Positions 33,661 through 44,468 of a stretch of 64,000 bases of DNA are shown here, in pieces. The notes beneath the pieces are model-generated. The model searched no databases. It was not told the origin of the DNA and saw nothing but the letters and a program-made list of their open reading frames with translations. The first letter of the stretch is position 1, and the number at the start of each line of letters is the position of its first letter. The stretch comes from an uncultured Nitrososphaerales archaeon (GTDB lineage: Archaea; Thermoproteota; Nitrososphaeria; Nitrososphaerales; Nitrososphaeraceae), in assembly GCA_963713605.1 (NCBI GenBank), contig CAVQMO010000003.1, positions 414,841-478,840 of the forward strand, read 5' to 3'. The position numbers and the translations under genes were made by a program.

Positions 33661-34280
33661 TGACTAAATTGGCTATTTTCGACTATGGTGCTGGGAATCT
33701 ATTTAGTTTAGAATCCTCTATGCGGAAAAATGGAGCTACACGAGTATCAATAATAAGAGATATGGACACTTTAGATGAATTTGATGGTCTGGTACTTCCA
33801 GGAGTAGGGAATTTCGATCCTGCGATAACGTCTCTTGAACCCTTCAAAAGAACACTAGAAAAAGCATCCGTAGAGGGAACACCAATTCTGGGCATATGCT
33901 TAGGAATGGAAATGTTCCTTGAGAAAAGTGAAGAAGGGAAGCTGGATGGACTCAAATTGTTAGAAGGATGCGTACAGATACTTAATAAGAAACATGTAAA
34001 GGTTCCACATATTGGTTGGAACAACCTGATTATTACTAACAAGAGCGGCAAATTACTCAGCGGAATACAGGACGGATCATGGGTATATTTTGTTCATTCA
34101 TATAGAATCGTATCAGAAGAAAAGGAGATCACTATGGCAAGCACTGAGTATGGGACTAAGTTTCCTGTAGCCATCGAGAAGGATAATCTCTTTGGGACCC
34201 AATTCCATCCAGAAAAATCAGGAGCAATAGGTGAGAAGATAATTAAGAATTTCATTGGAGTGTGCAATAAGAGTAGATGA
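33660..34280 (+). CDS. hisH: Imidazole glycerol phosphate synthase, glutaminase subunit
   Basis: DYGAGNL, LPGVG.F, GICLGM, PHIGWN, YFVHSY, QFHPEKS. Confidence 0.96.
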   Translation: MTKLAIFDYGAGNLFSLESSMRKNGATRVSIIRDMDTLDEFDGLVLPGVGNFDPAITSLEPFKRTLEKASVEGTPILGICLGMEMFLEKSEEGKLDGLKLLEGCVQILNKKHVKVPHIGWNNLIITNKSGKLLSGIQDGSWVYFVHSYRIVSEEKEITMASTEYGTKFPVAIEKDNLFGTQFHPEKSGAIGEKIIKNFIGVCNKSR

Positions 34281-34986
34281 TGGTCATTCCTGCAATTGAT
34301 TTGTTGGATGGGAAAGTTGTAAGATTAGTAAGAGGGGATCCTAACGATAAGACCATCTATAGCGACAATCCCGTTGAAGTGGCCGAGAGATGGGCTGCTG
34401 AAGGAGCAGAAATGTTACACATAGTTGATTTGGATGCAGCTTTACAGACTGGGAATAACAATAGGAAAATGATATATAGAATAGCAGCATCCATCCAAAT
34501 ACCGGTACAGGCCGCTGGAGGAATAAGATCAGTTGAGACTCATTAATGAAATGCTGAAAAATGTGAATAAGATCGTTCTGGGCACGATCGCTTTTCAGGA
34601 ACCAGATCTTATAGGAAAGATGATCAAGAAAAAGAAAGAAAGGATCTGTACTTGCCGTAGATCATCGGGATAGAACGGTAGTTGTAAATGGTTGGAAAGA
34701 AAAGACGAATTTCTCGATTCAAAATGCCATTTATGATTTTCAAGCAGTAGGTATTTCAGAATTTCTGCTGACAAGCGTTGAAAAAGATGGCACTCTTTCC
34801 GGTCCAGATTTGTCTAGCTTACGATACGCTTCTGCATTCCCCGGCATAAAGATTATTGCAAGTGGAGGAGTTTCCAGCTTGGAAGATATCTTACGTGCAC
34901 GAACAGTCGGGTGTTCTTCAGTAATTTTAGGCAAAGCACTCTATGATAGAAGGATAAGTATCGCCCATGCGAAAGCCCTAGCGTAA
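34277..34986 (+). CDS. hisA: ProFAR isomerase, frameshifts near 34540 and 34648
   Basis: IPAIDL..GKVVRL..G, HIVDLD, GGIRS; 3' frame [32 protein letters not shown]. Confidence 0.93.
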
Positions 34987-34990
34987 GGAT

Positions 34991-35776
34991 ATGGCACTTG
35001 CAAAAAGAATTATTCCTTGCTTAGACGTTGATGCCGGTAACGTTGTCAAGGGTGTAAATTTCTCTGATGTGAAAATCGCTGGTGACCCAGTATTTTTTGC
35101 AAAAAAGTATACTCAGGAAGGAGCAGATGAGATAGTCTTTCTTGATATTAATGCTTCACATGAAGGTAGAGAAGCTTTAAAGACTGTCATCAAGGAAGTA
35201 GCAAGGGTTATCAACATACCATTTACCGTAGGAGGTGGTATCAGGAATCTTCATGACGCAAGAGAGATTTTGTTGAGCGGGGCAGATAAAGTCTCAATTA
35301 ATACCGCGGCGGTTAAGAATCCTGAACTTGTCTCTCAATTAATGAGTCTTTTTGGTAAGCAATGTGTTGTTGTGGCTATAGACGTAAAACGGCATCACGT
35401 CGGCCACTCACCTGAAAAGAAAAGTTACTGGTTTGAAGTAAGAGTATTTGGTGGCCGTGAAGACACAGGCATTGAAGCAATAGAATGGGCCAAGAAAGTA
35501 GAGAAACTCGGAGCCGGAGAAATCTTGTTAACGAGTATTGATAAAGACGGGACTGAAAATGGATATGACCTTGAATTGATTCGAGCTATCAGTAGAGCAG
35601 TTCGGATCCCAGTTATAGCTTCTGGGGGATGCGGATCACAAGAACATATACTGGAAGTATTTCGTAAGACCGATGTAGAAGCTGCTTTAGCTGCCTCAAT
35701 TTTTCATTATGAAAAAGCAACTGTCAATTCTGTTAAGCAGTACCTCAAGGAAAATGGAGTGAACGTCAGAATTTGA
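34991..35776 (+). CDS. hisF: Imidazole glycerol phosphate synthase, cyclase subunit
   Basis: [50 protein letters not shown]. Confidence 0.97.
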   Translation: MALAKRIIPCLDVDAGNVVKGVNFSDVKIAGDPVFFAKKYTQEGADEIVFLDINASHEGREALKTVIKEVARVINIPFTVGGGIRNLHDAREILLSGADKVSINTAAVKNPELVSQLMSLFGKQCVVVAIDVKRHHVGHSPEKKSYWFEVRVFGGREDTGIEAIEWAKKVEKLGAGEILLTSIDKDGTENGYDLELIRAISRAVRIPVIASGGCGSQEHILEVFRKTDVEAALAASIFHYEKATVNSVKQYLKENGVNVRI

Positions 35777-35795
35777 AAGCATTGGTCTCAGAACA

Positions 35796-37460
35796 CTACT
35801 TACATGGCAGCGAAAAACAAAAGGTAGCACCTTTCTCTCCTTCTGTATTGTTTTGGACCCAGATTCTACCCTGATGCGCCTGTATTATACTCTTTGATAC
35901 GAACAACCCCAAACCCGTACCCTTATCTGAATTTTTGACAAACTTTTCAAAAATCCTTGGCATGATAGCGGGATCTATACCACAACCAGTATCTGTTACT
36001 GTAACAACAGCACTCTGCCTCCCTTCCTTTTCTTGTTGTCGTTCTTTTCTTAATGTTACTATTACATTGCCTTCATTTGTGAATTCTAAAGCATTACCTA
36101 TTATATTGCGAACAACTTGAGATATCCTTTCTTTATCAGCTTCTACAACTATATTTTCATTTGGAGGTTCATATAGTACAGATACGTCTTTTCCGCTACT
36201 AGCACAATTCGTAGTATATTTACAATAGGTTTGTACTATATTGAAGAGCAAACCATTCAACTTGAATTTACCTTTTCTTAACGTTAATCTCTGACTCTCG
36301 ATTCTACTTGTATCAAGTATATTTTCCGCAAGTCTTTGGAGCCGTTCGGCATTTCTAATGATGACATCTAGTGATTCTTGCTCCTTTCCTTTCATGTACT
36401 CCTTCTCATACCTGAGAAGGTGAGCTAACCCAACTATAGGTTGAATAGGTGTCCTTAGCTCGTGTGCAGCAACGTTCATGAACTCTTTTTGCATTTGGTT
36501 TGCCTTTTTCGATTCTAAATTAATAACTCGCTCATTCCAAAGCAGTTCAAACATCCATCTATACAAGTCTGCACTTCTTTTATTATTCGAATAGATGGCA
36601 AAACCAATTGCTTCCAGAAAACTTTCTGCCTCTGGCTTTACGAGTTCTACCCTTAGGAACTTTATGTTATCAATTATGTACAGTCCATGCTGTGAATTGC
36701 TGCCATCGATTAATTTAACGTTCGGCGAGGAATTGAATATTTTTTCCTGTACCTGTTTATTCTCTTTAGATAATGGGCAGATAATCTTTATTACCGCACC
36801 ATTTCTGGATGCATTTAGCAATGAATCAACCACACCAAGTCTATCTATCCTCATCAAAGCTCTATCATTGGGAAGAAGTAATGCAACCTCATTTAATACC
36901 GATTTTGCCAGATCGATCAGTATCTCACTTATCCTCTTAGTGTCATTGATGATTTCGAAGAATTCTGCCTGTATACCTCTCTCTATTTCTTCAATTCTCT
37001 GTCCAGCCGGTATAGACTTATCCCACAGACTATTGAATAGGTATTGTTGCTGTTCAATAATTCCCCTGACATTACTGTAAATAATATGTGATTGAATTGA
37101 AGGTTGAAGTTCTGCGTTGGAAGTCGAGATACCAATATAATCGGTATTTCTTACAGCAAAATTTGCTTTAATCCCCTCTACATGGCGAACGACTTCGGCA
37201 AATTCCATTAACTTCTTACAATAGGATATGTTTTCACTGTTAATGTCAGTTAGAAATCTTAATCTAGTACCTCCATGTTCTTTTTTGGAATTTTCCATTA
37301 ATTTCTTGTAAACTTTAAGAACAAATGCTGGAGCATTAAAATCACCACATGCGTCTATTCTATCTTCATTAGATAAAAACTGTAATATTTTATTCATTAT
37401 ATTTTCTTCACCATACAATACTTCAGTCTTTCTAGAATGATTATCCTGAGAAGATATCAT
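35796..37460 (-). CDS. Cytoplasmic sensor histidine kinase (Nitrososphaera type)
   Basis: AAHELRTP H-box, NIIGNA, DTGCGI, GTGLGL; two repeated N-terminal sensory modules (FNSLW/FELLW). Confidence 0.92.
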   Translation of the reverse strand: MISSQDNHSRKTEVLYGEENIMNKILQFLSNEDRIDACGDFNAPAFVLKVYKKLMENSKKEHGGTRLRFLTDINSENISYCKKLMEFAEVVRHVEGIKANFAVRNTDYIGISTSNAELQPSIQSHIIYSNVRGIIEQQQYLFNSLWDKSIPAGQRIEEIERGIQAEFFEIINDTKRISEILIDLAKSVLNEVALLLPNDRALMRIDRLGVVDSLLNASRNGAVIKIICPLSKENKQVQEKIFNSSPNVKLIDGSNSQHGLYIIDNIKFLRVELVKPEAESFLEAIGFAIYSNNKRSADLYRWMFELLWNERVINLESKKANQMQKEFMNVAAHELRTPIQPIVGLAHLLRYEKEYMKGKEQESLDVIIRNAERLQRLAENILDTSRIESQRLTLRKGKFKLNGLLFNIVQTYCKYTTNCASSGKDVSVLYEPPNENIVVEADKERISQVVRNIIGNALEFTNEGNVIVTLRKERQQEKEGRQSAVVTVTDTGCGIDPAIMPRIFEKFVKNSDKGTGLGLFVSKSIIQAHQGRIWVQNNTEGEKGATFCFSLPCK

Positions 37461-37655
37461 GGGGTTAGGAATTAATGTATGCTAGATTTATAATTAAGCA
37501 TTACTACAATTTGAAACTACCAACAGGTTTGGAGGTAGTAAGTCTTTGCTGCTCTTGTGATGAATTCCTAACTAAGAGAAATTTGAAGGCCTAACTATGG
37601 AAGAAAAATTTATCTCTAAAATTCATATACTGATAGTAGTTACTCCATTTCGGTG

Positions 37656-38487
37656 ATGGATTGTTACTCAAATAGTCGAGATATTATGTATCGGAGATGA
37701 ACTACTTACAGGACTAGTTTTGAATACCAACTCAGAATGGCTCTCGATAAAGATTACAGGAATCGGTGGATTTGTAAATAGGGTTACGATCGTGGGTGAT
37801 GATGTGTGTGCGATATCATCGGCAATAAACGAATCTCTAGAAAGAGGAATAGATTGCTTACTAATATCAGGAGGTTTAGGTCCGACTCCCGATGACAAAA
37901 CATTGGAAGGTGTTTCTTCTGCATTAGGGAGTAAGCTCGAATTAAGTGAAAAAGCCGTGGATATGATGAAAAAAAGTTATGAAAGACTGTCAATTGAGTA
38001 TCAGTTAAATGAATCTCGGTTAAAAATGGCCATGATTCCTAAAGGTTCCATCCCTATTCAAAATATCGTCGGTATCGCTCCGGCTGTTCTGATAGAAGTA
38101 AAGTCAAGACAGCGATCTAGCAGAAAGATTTTTTGCTTGCCAGGGGTTCCTATGGAATTGGAAGGGATCTTTTCAGCTTTTGTGATCCCAATTCTTAAAA
38201 AACATATTGGTACCGGATTTCATGTCATCGAAACCACTCATGAAATAATAGGAGTAGGTGAATCTTTCCTTACTCCCATCCTCTTCAAGATAAGGAATTC
38301 GAACCAACCACAATCAATATATGTAAAAACACACCCACATGGATATACTTCCGACCATAAACCTAAATTACAGATTCAAATTGTTTCCAAAGGCAAGGAT
38401 AGGAAAAAAGTTCAAGCAAAATATAAAGAGACCTTTAGTCTTCTAATGGATGAGATCGATAGGCTAAATGGAAAGGTTGTCGCCTAA
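37656..38487 (+). CDS. CinA-like molybdopterin-binding domain protein (start uncertain)
   Basis: VEILCIGDELLTG..LNTN, VGDD, SGGLGPTPDDKT, LPGVP.E. Confidence 0.88.
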
Positions 38488-38852
38488 ATAGGGTATCAGA
38501 TATCGCAACGGATACATGAATTCGATCTTCGGACGATTAGAATATGAATTACCTAATTTATTGTTAGGGTGCTATCTCCTGGAATATTCTGCTATTGGAA
38601 ATAAGAAAAACCTTTCTCAACTATCATTCTTCATCCATCCCACTGCATAAAAATACCCTTACCTTATGAGAATAGGAATTGATAAATACTGCAAAAATAG
38701 TACGAAACAAATTTGAGGGACTGAGATTGCTCATTGAGAACAAATAAAAGAAATTCTAATGACAGTTCAGATTCTGGTCTTCCGATGACGAGAGTGGTGG
38801 TTGTATTGCTATAAATATTCGGAACAATACAAAAGAGAAAAGCTGAAAATTT

Positions 38853-39452
38853 ATGACAAATGGTAAGATCATAGTTCTAGAGGGAATAGATAAATCGGGG
38901 AAAACAACTCAATCAAAGCTACTCGTGGATTATTTTAACTCTATGACAAGCCTTAATGCAGTGCAAATGAATTTTCCCAACTATAGTACCTTTAGTGGAA
39001 TCGAAATCCATAGACACCTAAAAGGCAAGACATTATACAATCCGTATGCATTACACGTTCTGTTTACACTAAACAGATATGAAGAGAAGCCGCTCATTGA
39101 AAGATTACTCGATGAGGGATCGATCATAGTTATGAATCGCTACTATCAAAGCAATATTATTTATGGACTAGCGGATGGAATTACTAGGCATGAATGGCTT
39201 GAATCTCTCGACGGAGAGATGCCACAAGCTAATCTAATTATAATACTGGATATATCTGTAGAGGAATCTATGTCCAGAAATCTTAATCCAGATGTCAATG
39301 AACAAGATAAGAATTATCTTAGAAAGGTAAGAAGCTTCTTTATCAAATATGCCGACGCCTATGGTTGGAAGATTGTTGACGCAAGCAACAAGTCAAAGGA
39401 AGAAATCCACAGGGATGTGGTTAAAATTGCTGAGCGATATAAGATAATTTGA
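38853..39452 (+). CDS. tmk: Thymidylate kinase
   Basis: IVLEGIDKSGKTTQ, NFPNY, NRYE, NRYYQSN..YG. Confidence 0.92.
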   Translation: MTNGKIIVLEGIDKSGKTTQSKLLVDYFNSMTSLNAVQMNFPNYSTFSGIEIHRHLKGKTLYNPYALHVLFTLNRYEEKPLIERLLDEGSIIVMNRYYQSNIIYGLADGITRHEWLESLDGEMPQANLIIILDISVEESMSRNLNPDVNEQDKNYLRKVRSFFIKYADAYGWKIVDASNKSKEEIHRDVVKIAERYKII

Positions 39453-39642
39453 ATTTAGAGTCCATCATGTCAAGCCATTATCCACTTGTTATTGCCCGCC
39501 CGTAACATTCAATGCATCTGACTTGTTATTTGATGAACTTGCAACTCTCTTTTTACTATTTACATAAGGACTAAGATTCATTACCAACATTTCTTAACTG
39601 TAAGGTTACCGAAAGTCTAGATATTCAGGGGTCAATGGCCAA

Positions 39643-40035
39643 TCATTGACTGATTTCAGAGACTATTTCGCCATTCAAATTATCTATGAAATATGTGAAA
39701 TTATTCTTCTCATCAGTTACTTTCCACACAAAATAATTGGCATTGTTTGTAGTTGGGTGAGAATCGCCTAAATATCGGCCTACATGGTTGGAATTGAGGT
39801 TTGTTTCGTAGAATGACCCATTTCCTTTTATATGCACAAATTCTGTAACAAAATGTTGGCGATCGGAGGGGGTTAGATTCCTATTATCAATCACAATTGA
39901 AATGGCGGTTTCCTTTGATATTGGCGTTCTACTAAGGGTAGGCCTTTCGAGTGAGGTAACTATCCCTATATAAACTAAAATTGTCACAAGGATACTAATG
40001 GTTACAGTTAGTGCAAATTTCTTATCAATTTTCAT
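39643..40035 (-). CDS. Hypothetical membrane-anchored protein, PepSY-like
   Basis: N-terminal TM helix, ISKETAI, VWKV...YFID..NGEI. Confidence 0.55.
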   Translation of the reverse strand: MKIDKKFALTVTISILVTILVYIGIVTSLERPTLSRTPISKETAISIVIDNRNLTPSDRQHFVTEFVHIKGNGSFYETNLNSNHVGRYLGDSHPTTNNANYFVWKVTDEKNNFTYFIDNLNGEIVSEISQ

Positions 40036-40260
40036 CTTATACTTCTGTTATGTATGCTAGATAAATTCATTGGGGAAATCTTGTTATTTGAAATTTTTCA
40101 AGATAGTAATAGTACAATTATTGTAGGAAGATGTGAAACATACAAAAGACGTGAATTTTAGTTCTAGTAAGTAATTCCTTGCTATATATTTCTGCAGGCG
40201 AATGATTGTCTGCCCATACCTTGATGCGCTAATTTTCAATCAATATTCTGACAGCATAAA

Positions 40261-40518
40261 GTGATCCATAGAGAATTACATGACCCAGTTTTATCATTTG
40301 AGCTCGATAAAGGGTTTAAGTTTGTTAAAATATTTCCAAACCATCTAGAGGACTTATGTTCACGAAATTATGCCAGTTTCATTGAGTGGTTGAATCCTCA
40401 ATTTCGATACCATAGTTAGAGAACATCCATGTCAATCAAAGATTGTCACGTTCACCTCAATAAGTATGATAAAATAGGATCACAAGCAAAAATTTCACGT
40501 CACTTGAGAATGGACTAA
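40261..40518 (+). pseudogene. Relic of a YkwB-like GNAT C-terminus followed by an amidohydrolase N-terminus
   Basis: 40261-40419 reads VIHRELHDPVLSFELDKGFKFVKIFPNHLEDLCSRNYASFIEWLNP. 40429 starts MSIKDCHVHLNKY (DxHxH) and stops after 29 aa. Confidence 0.55.
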
Positions 40519-40746
40519 ATGCACTACTATCACTTAGACTATAGACATCCTGTACCACATGGGATCTATTACGTTGATCTATTGGAACGAACTGATATTC
40601 TTACCTGAGAAGCTCAATATTCGGCGTTCACCGAGCTAGAGATTGTGCACAATTAGAATTTGATTATTTTACTCAAATTCTTCCTCAGGAGATTCTGAAG
40701 GTGAGTTAGAATTATACAACCTTGAAGGTGAGAATCGACCCTAGCA

Positions 40747-41175
40747 TTATTCTGGAGCAAATCCATGATAGTACGATATCTGAGTGTATTCATCTTTAGG
40801 CTTCATTTCTACAATTGAAATGAGATTGCCTTCTGGGTCTTCAATTATAGTATGTTTGCCGAATGATTCCTCAGCTGGTCTCTTGAAAAAGCTTGCCCCT
40901 CTATTCTCCAATACCTTGCAAACGCTGTCTAAATCACTTACATTAAATCCTATTAGCGTATTGCGACAGTCATCTAAACCTTGTTTGACACTTGAGAGTT
41001 TTTTCTTGTCTCTTTTAGGGTATAGTGCAAGAACTGTAGATCCTTCCTTTGTAGATAATTCTATCCAATCTTCAGATTCTTGTTTGACTTCCAATTCAAG
41101 GACATCTCTATAAAAGCTTATTAGTTTGGGAGCGTCTTCAACTAAAAGGATAATTGCGCTGATTTTTCCAAACAT
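40747..41175 (-). CDS. VOC/glyoxalase family protein
   Basis: SFYRDVL.L, IGFNVSDLD, EESFG...IEDPEGNLI. Confidence 0.9.
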   Translation of the reverse strand: MFGKISAIILLVEDAPKLISFYRDVLELEVKQESEDWIELSTKEGSTVLALYPKRDKKKLSSVKQGLDDCRNTLIGFNVSDLDSVCKVLENRGASFFKRPAEESFGKHTIIEDPEGNLISIVEMKPKDEYTQISYYHGFAPE

Positions 41176-41331
41176 CTTAGCTGTGCCGCCATATCTTAAC
41201 GTTTACAAGCTTAAAAGTATTTATCTGATTCCACAATAATGCTCTCTCAGGGCAGTAGGATATTAAGGTATTCTAAAGACGTCAAATATTAATATGAATT
41301 TTTAATTCCGACTGGTCATTTGATTTTTGCT

Positions 41332-42132
41332 CTACTTGAACAGAGCTTTCATTCTTTGTTCTGGCTTGTACTTCTTGACTATGTCAGATAAAGGTACCCT
41401 AGCTTTTTCTCCGACAATCTTTAGGTCGAGTTTTATTTTGCCGTTTTTATCAATGTCAATAATATTATACGTATCTTGGAAGATTCCTCTATACCTCCAT
41501 GAACATGCTGTTCCTGCGTATGCTATCTGTAATCTTCCTAGATTCCACATCCAGGGCCTATGCTTATGCCCGCAAACAACTAGGTCAACCCCAGATTCCA
41601 AACACGCTCTTAGCATATCACCTGCATCCAATACGCCTACAAGGTTAGTGTACCCAGTATCAGGTATTGCAACTAAATGATGATGCATAGCTACTATTTT
41701 CACCCTTTTTCTCCCTCTGATCTCTTCTGAATAATTGCCCATCGTTTTCTCCATCCACAATATTTGCCGATGTCCCACTTCACCCTCATCTCTATCAGGC
41801 CGGGCAGTTCCTATTGTAAAAATTACGATATTACCATTGTCCAATTCCCAAACGTGTCTTGAAGTAGAGGGAAAGAACTTTTTGAACAATAGATATCCAG
41901 TGTGCCTATAGTCATGATTTCCGGGCAAGATGATGATATTTGGACAATCGAATCTTCGAATTTCATTTTGTGCCTTTTCGTACTGATAAATTATCCCTTC
42001 GTCAACCAAATCTCCTGAAATGATTATAGCGTTGGGTTTTAGCTCATTATTAATTTCATTGACAATGTCATTAAATGCATTCTGCTTAAAAAGACCCCCT
42101 ATATGAAGATCTGAAATCTGAACAATCTGCAT
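41332..42132 (-). CDS. Calcineurin-like metallophosphoesterase
   Basis: SDLH, SGDL, PGNHD, HHH, CGHKH. Confidence 0.92.
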   Translation of the reverse strand: MQIVQISDLHIGGLFKQNAFNDIVNEINNELKPNAIIISGDLVDEGIIYQYEKAQNEIRRFDCPNIIILPGNHDYRHTGYLLFKKFFPSTSRHVWELDNGNIVIFTIGTARPDRDEGEVGHRQILWMEKTMGNYSEEIRGRKRVKIVAMHHHLVAIPDTGYTNLVGVLDAGDMLRACLESGVDLVVCGHKHRPWMWNLGRLQIAYAGTACSWRYRGIFQDTYNIIDIDKNGKIKLDLKIVGEKARVPLSDIVKKYKPEQRMKALFK

Positions 42133-42217
42133 ATTACGCTCTATGGTTTCTTGAAGGGGATTATTATATTAGACTAGCTATACAATTAGAAGACATATCA
42201 AGAGCGCATGAGTTCTT

Positions 42218-42736
42218 TTATCGGCTATATGTACTAAATATCTTTAGATTTTCATTAATAAACGGGAGGATCTTTGTTTCTATGGCCTGTTGTACTCCAT
42301 AATCGACATCAAATGACAGCAACAGATAAAACTTCACCTTGTTGCGCTTGCTTTCATCGTCATCTCCGATAGCAACTTTTTGCTTACCGGTCGCCGTGTC
42401 GTCCTCAATGTAAATTATTGGAACCGTTGCACGAATAACATTCCGGTACTTACCGATGGAATATTCCTGTCTACCTAATTTTGATTCAAAATCCTCTCGT
42501 GTGGCAGAACGCAAGACTGACTGAAGAACATAATGGGAGGTTTCCTCTCTTGTTAGCAAGGGAATGAGATTATGTCTATAGGAGCTGGCAATCAGTGTTC
42601 CCAAGTGGTTCGCGATTCCAACAAAACGTATTTTATTGGAAATTCGCAAGACCCTATCACAAAGAAGATTTAAATCGTCTTTAGAAGTAGACGGTGATGT
42701 TGATGATGTTGATGATGATGAACTATCTCCAGCCAT
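42218..42736 (-). CDS. DUF6659-like (roadblock/profilin-like) thaumarchaeal protein
   Basis: IRFVGIAN..G...YR..L.PLL..EE, LG...Y....Y..V.RATVP, LLLSFD. Confidence 0.65.
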   Translation of the reverse strand: MAGDSSSSSTSSTSPSTSKDDLNLLCDRVLRISNKIRFVGIANHLGTLIASSYRHNLIPLLTREETSHYVLQSVLRSATREDFESKLGRQEYSIGKYRNVIRATVPIIYIEDDTATGKQKVAIGDDDESKRNKVKFYLLLSFDVDYGVQQAIETKILPFINENLKIFSTYSR

Positions 42737-43502
42737 TCCTTTTGACTATACTACAATAAGATAATTGACATGCCTTATTATTGATTTGCAATCAACGGGA
42801 CGAGGTGTCATACGTCACTATCTACTGTTCCTAAAGGATGCCAGATAACGTATCGAAACTCATGATAACCCAGGTGTCGATAGCTTTCATGCTGTTAAGA
42901 TTAAATAGAGCAATTGGAGAAGGCATTTTACATTGACTTCTGGTGTGGACTTCTTTTGGTAGCATAAAGATGCCTGAAAAAAAGAGGAAACAACAAATAA
43001 GAGAAAAAGAAAAATGATGAATGTCCTATTTTACTGTTGGGATTCTCAATTCCTCTTCCTTTATCCTGTTTTCTTTTCGAATTGGTTTTCTGTTTGTGAT
43101 TTTAGCGTCTCCCAGATCAAACATATAACAATCGCATCACATTCTATCATAACTTGTTATTGATGGCTTAAATAACTTTTTAGTCAAAGACAACTATATA
43201 CCGCAGCCTGTTTAACTTTACAAACATTACAAAGGATGCGTTGATCAATCTAAAATGATACTGATTGGATTGGCTATTAATAACGTTAAAATCGCAGAGG
43301 TCCTCTCCTCCCTACGAATCCGAGCAAACCGTCTTTTGCAATTGGGAAGCGATGGATTAGCTTTGCATATTTCATTCAATTTGGAGTATTTAGTAGCCTA
43401 ATCATCTATTTTTTGGTCTTTTTGAATGTAGACTTATTAATATTGCAGATGTTCAATGTTACATTCGTCCGAATGTGGGAGTAGTCTTAATGGAAGTCAA
43501 AA

Positions 43503-43853
43503 TCATGTTTTCATCATTCTCTTGTTGTATGAGTCTATTATTTTGTCTAGTGCTGCGTCCTCCTCTTTAACAGCAGCTATAAACTCTTCCCCATACCCAT
43601 AACACTTGATCATTTTTTGGATTTCCAAGTAATTCCTATTGTGATTAGCCTCAAGTTCTATCACCTTATGATAAAATGAATCGTCTAACGCACACTTAAC
43701 TAGTATCTTTTGGATCAACAATCTGTTGTATCGACTAGCTGCAAATAATCCCCGAAATATATTCATCCTCTCCTCCTTACTCATTTTACCAATATCTACC
43801 TGATTAGGAAACCTAAATTCTAGCAGTGCTTTATCATCCTCGTCGGTCAACAA
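43503..43853 (-). CDS. Hypothetical protein
   Basis: Clean 116-aa helical ORF. Confidence 0.6.
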   Translation of the reverse strand: MLTDEDDKALLEFRFPNQVDIGKMSKEERMNIFRGLFAASRYNRLLIQKILVKCALDDSFYHKVIELEANHNRNYLEIQKMIKCYGYGEEFIAAVKEEDAALDKIIDSYNKRMMKT

Positions 43854-44147
43854 ATCTTAGTTCTTAACCTACTCATTCTTATTACTTTTTGTAATGATGA
43901 TGAAAAAGGAGTCTAATGTTAAAACCTTAGCCTGGTCATAGCAGTAATTAGTTTCAATATTGCATATAACGTTTTGATATCGACCCAAGATTACTTCAAT
44001 GCATAGCATAGCAGTTCAAACATCGGTAATATAGTTTTCATATATGAAAGCATTTAGATCAAATGAAATGAAACCCTTGTAGAACTGGCATTTGGTTCCA
44101 GATTAGTGTGACTTGGAATAATCAGTGCCAGAAAGCGTCAAAAAGAT

Positions 44148-44468
44148 CTACTGTGGCTGACCCTTGTCTTGATGGGCGCGATATTCTGGATCATTGGGAT
44201 GCGGAGTCAGCGGCGTAATGGTGACCTTCATCCAGATATGAAGTGGTAACGAGTCGAGGACTTGGCGAAGCTCTGCCTCGTCGGCTGCGCTGAAAAGACC
44301 AATGCTGCGCCATTCACCTGGCTGGAGCGGCGGGCGCCATAGCCGGACCAATTTCCCTGCTTTGGCGAGATCAGCGGCGCGTATTGCCTCTGCCGCCCGC
44401 AATTCGTCGACTATCGCCAGACTAGTTCCTTCGGGAACCGTGGTGACCAGATCTGTGAGGTACTCCAT
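44148..44468 (-). CDS. Muconolactone delta-isomerase family protein (high GC)
   Basis: MEYL..L...VPEG, RAAEAIRA..L...G.LVRLWR, S.GLF.A.D..EL...L.SLPL..WM...ITPL..HPNDP. Confidence 0.85.
   Translation of the reverse strand: MEYLTDLVTTVPEGTSLAIVDELRAAEAIRAADLAKAGKLVRLWRPPLQPGEWRSIGLFSAADEAELRQVLDSLPLHIWMKVTITPLTPHPNDPEYRAHQDKGQPQ

Noticed and set aside
2932..34986. Programmed frameshifting or pseudogenisation of cbiB, asd, ths, hmgA, hisD, hisA
   Set aside because: These are scattered single indels in conserved or essential genes with intact motifs and no common slippery site. Assembly error is the simpler explanation.
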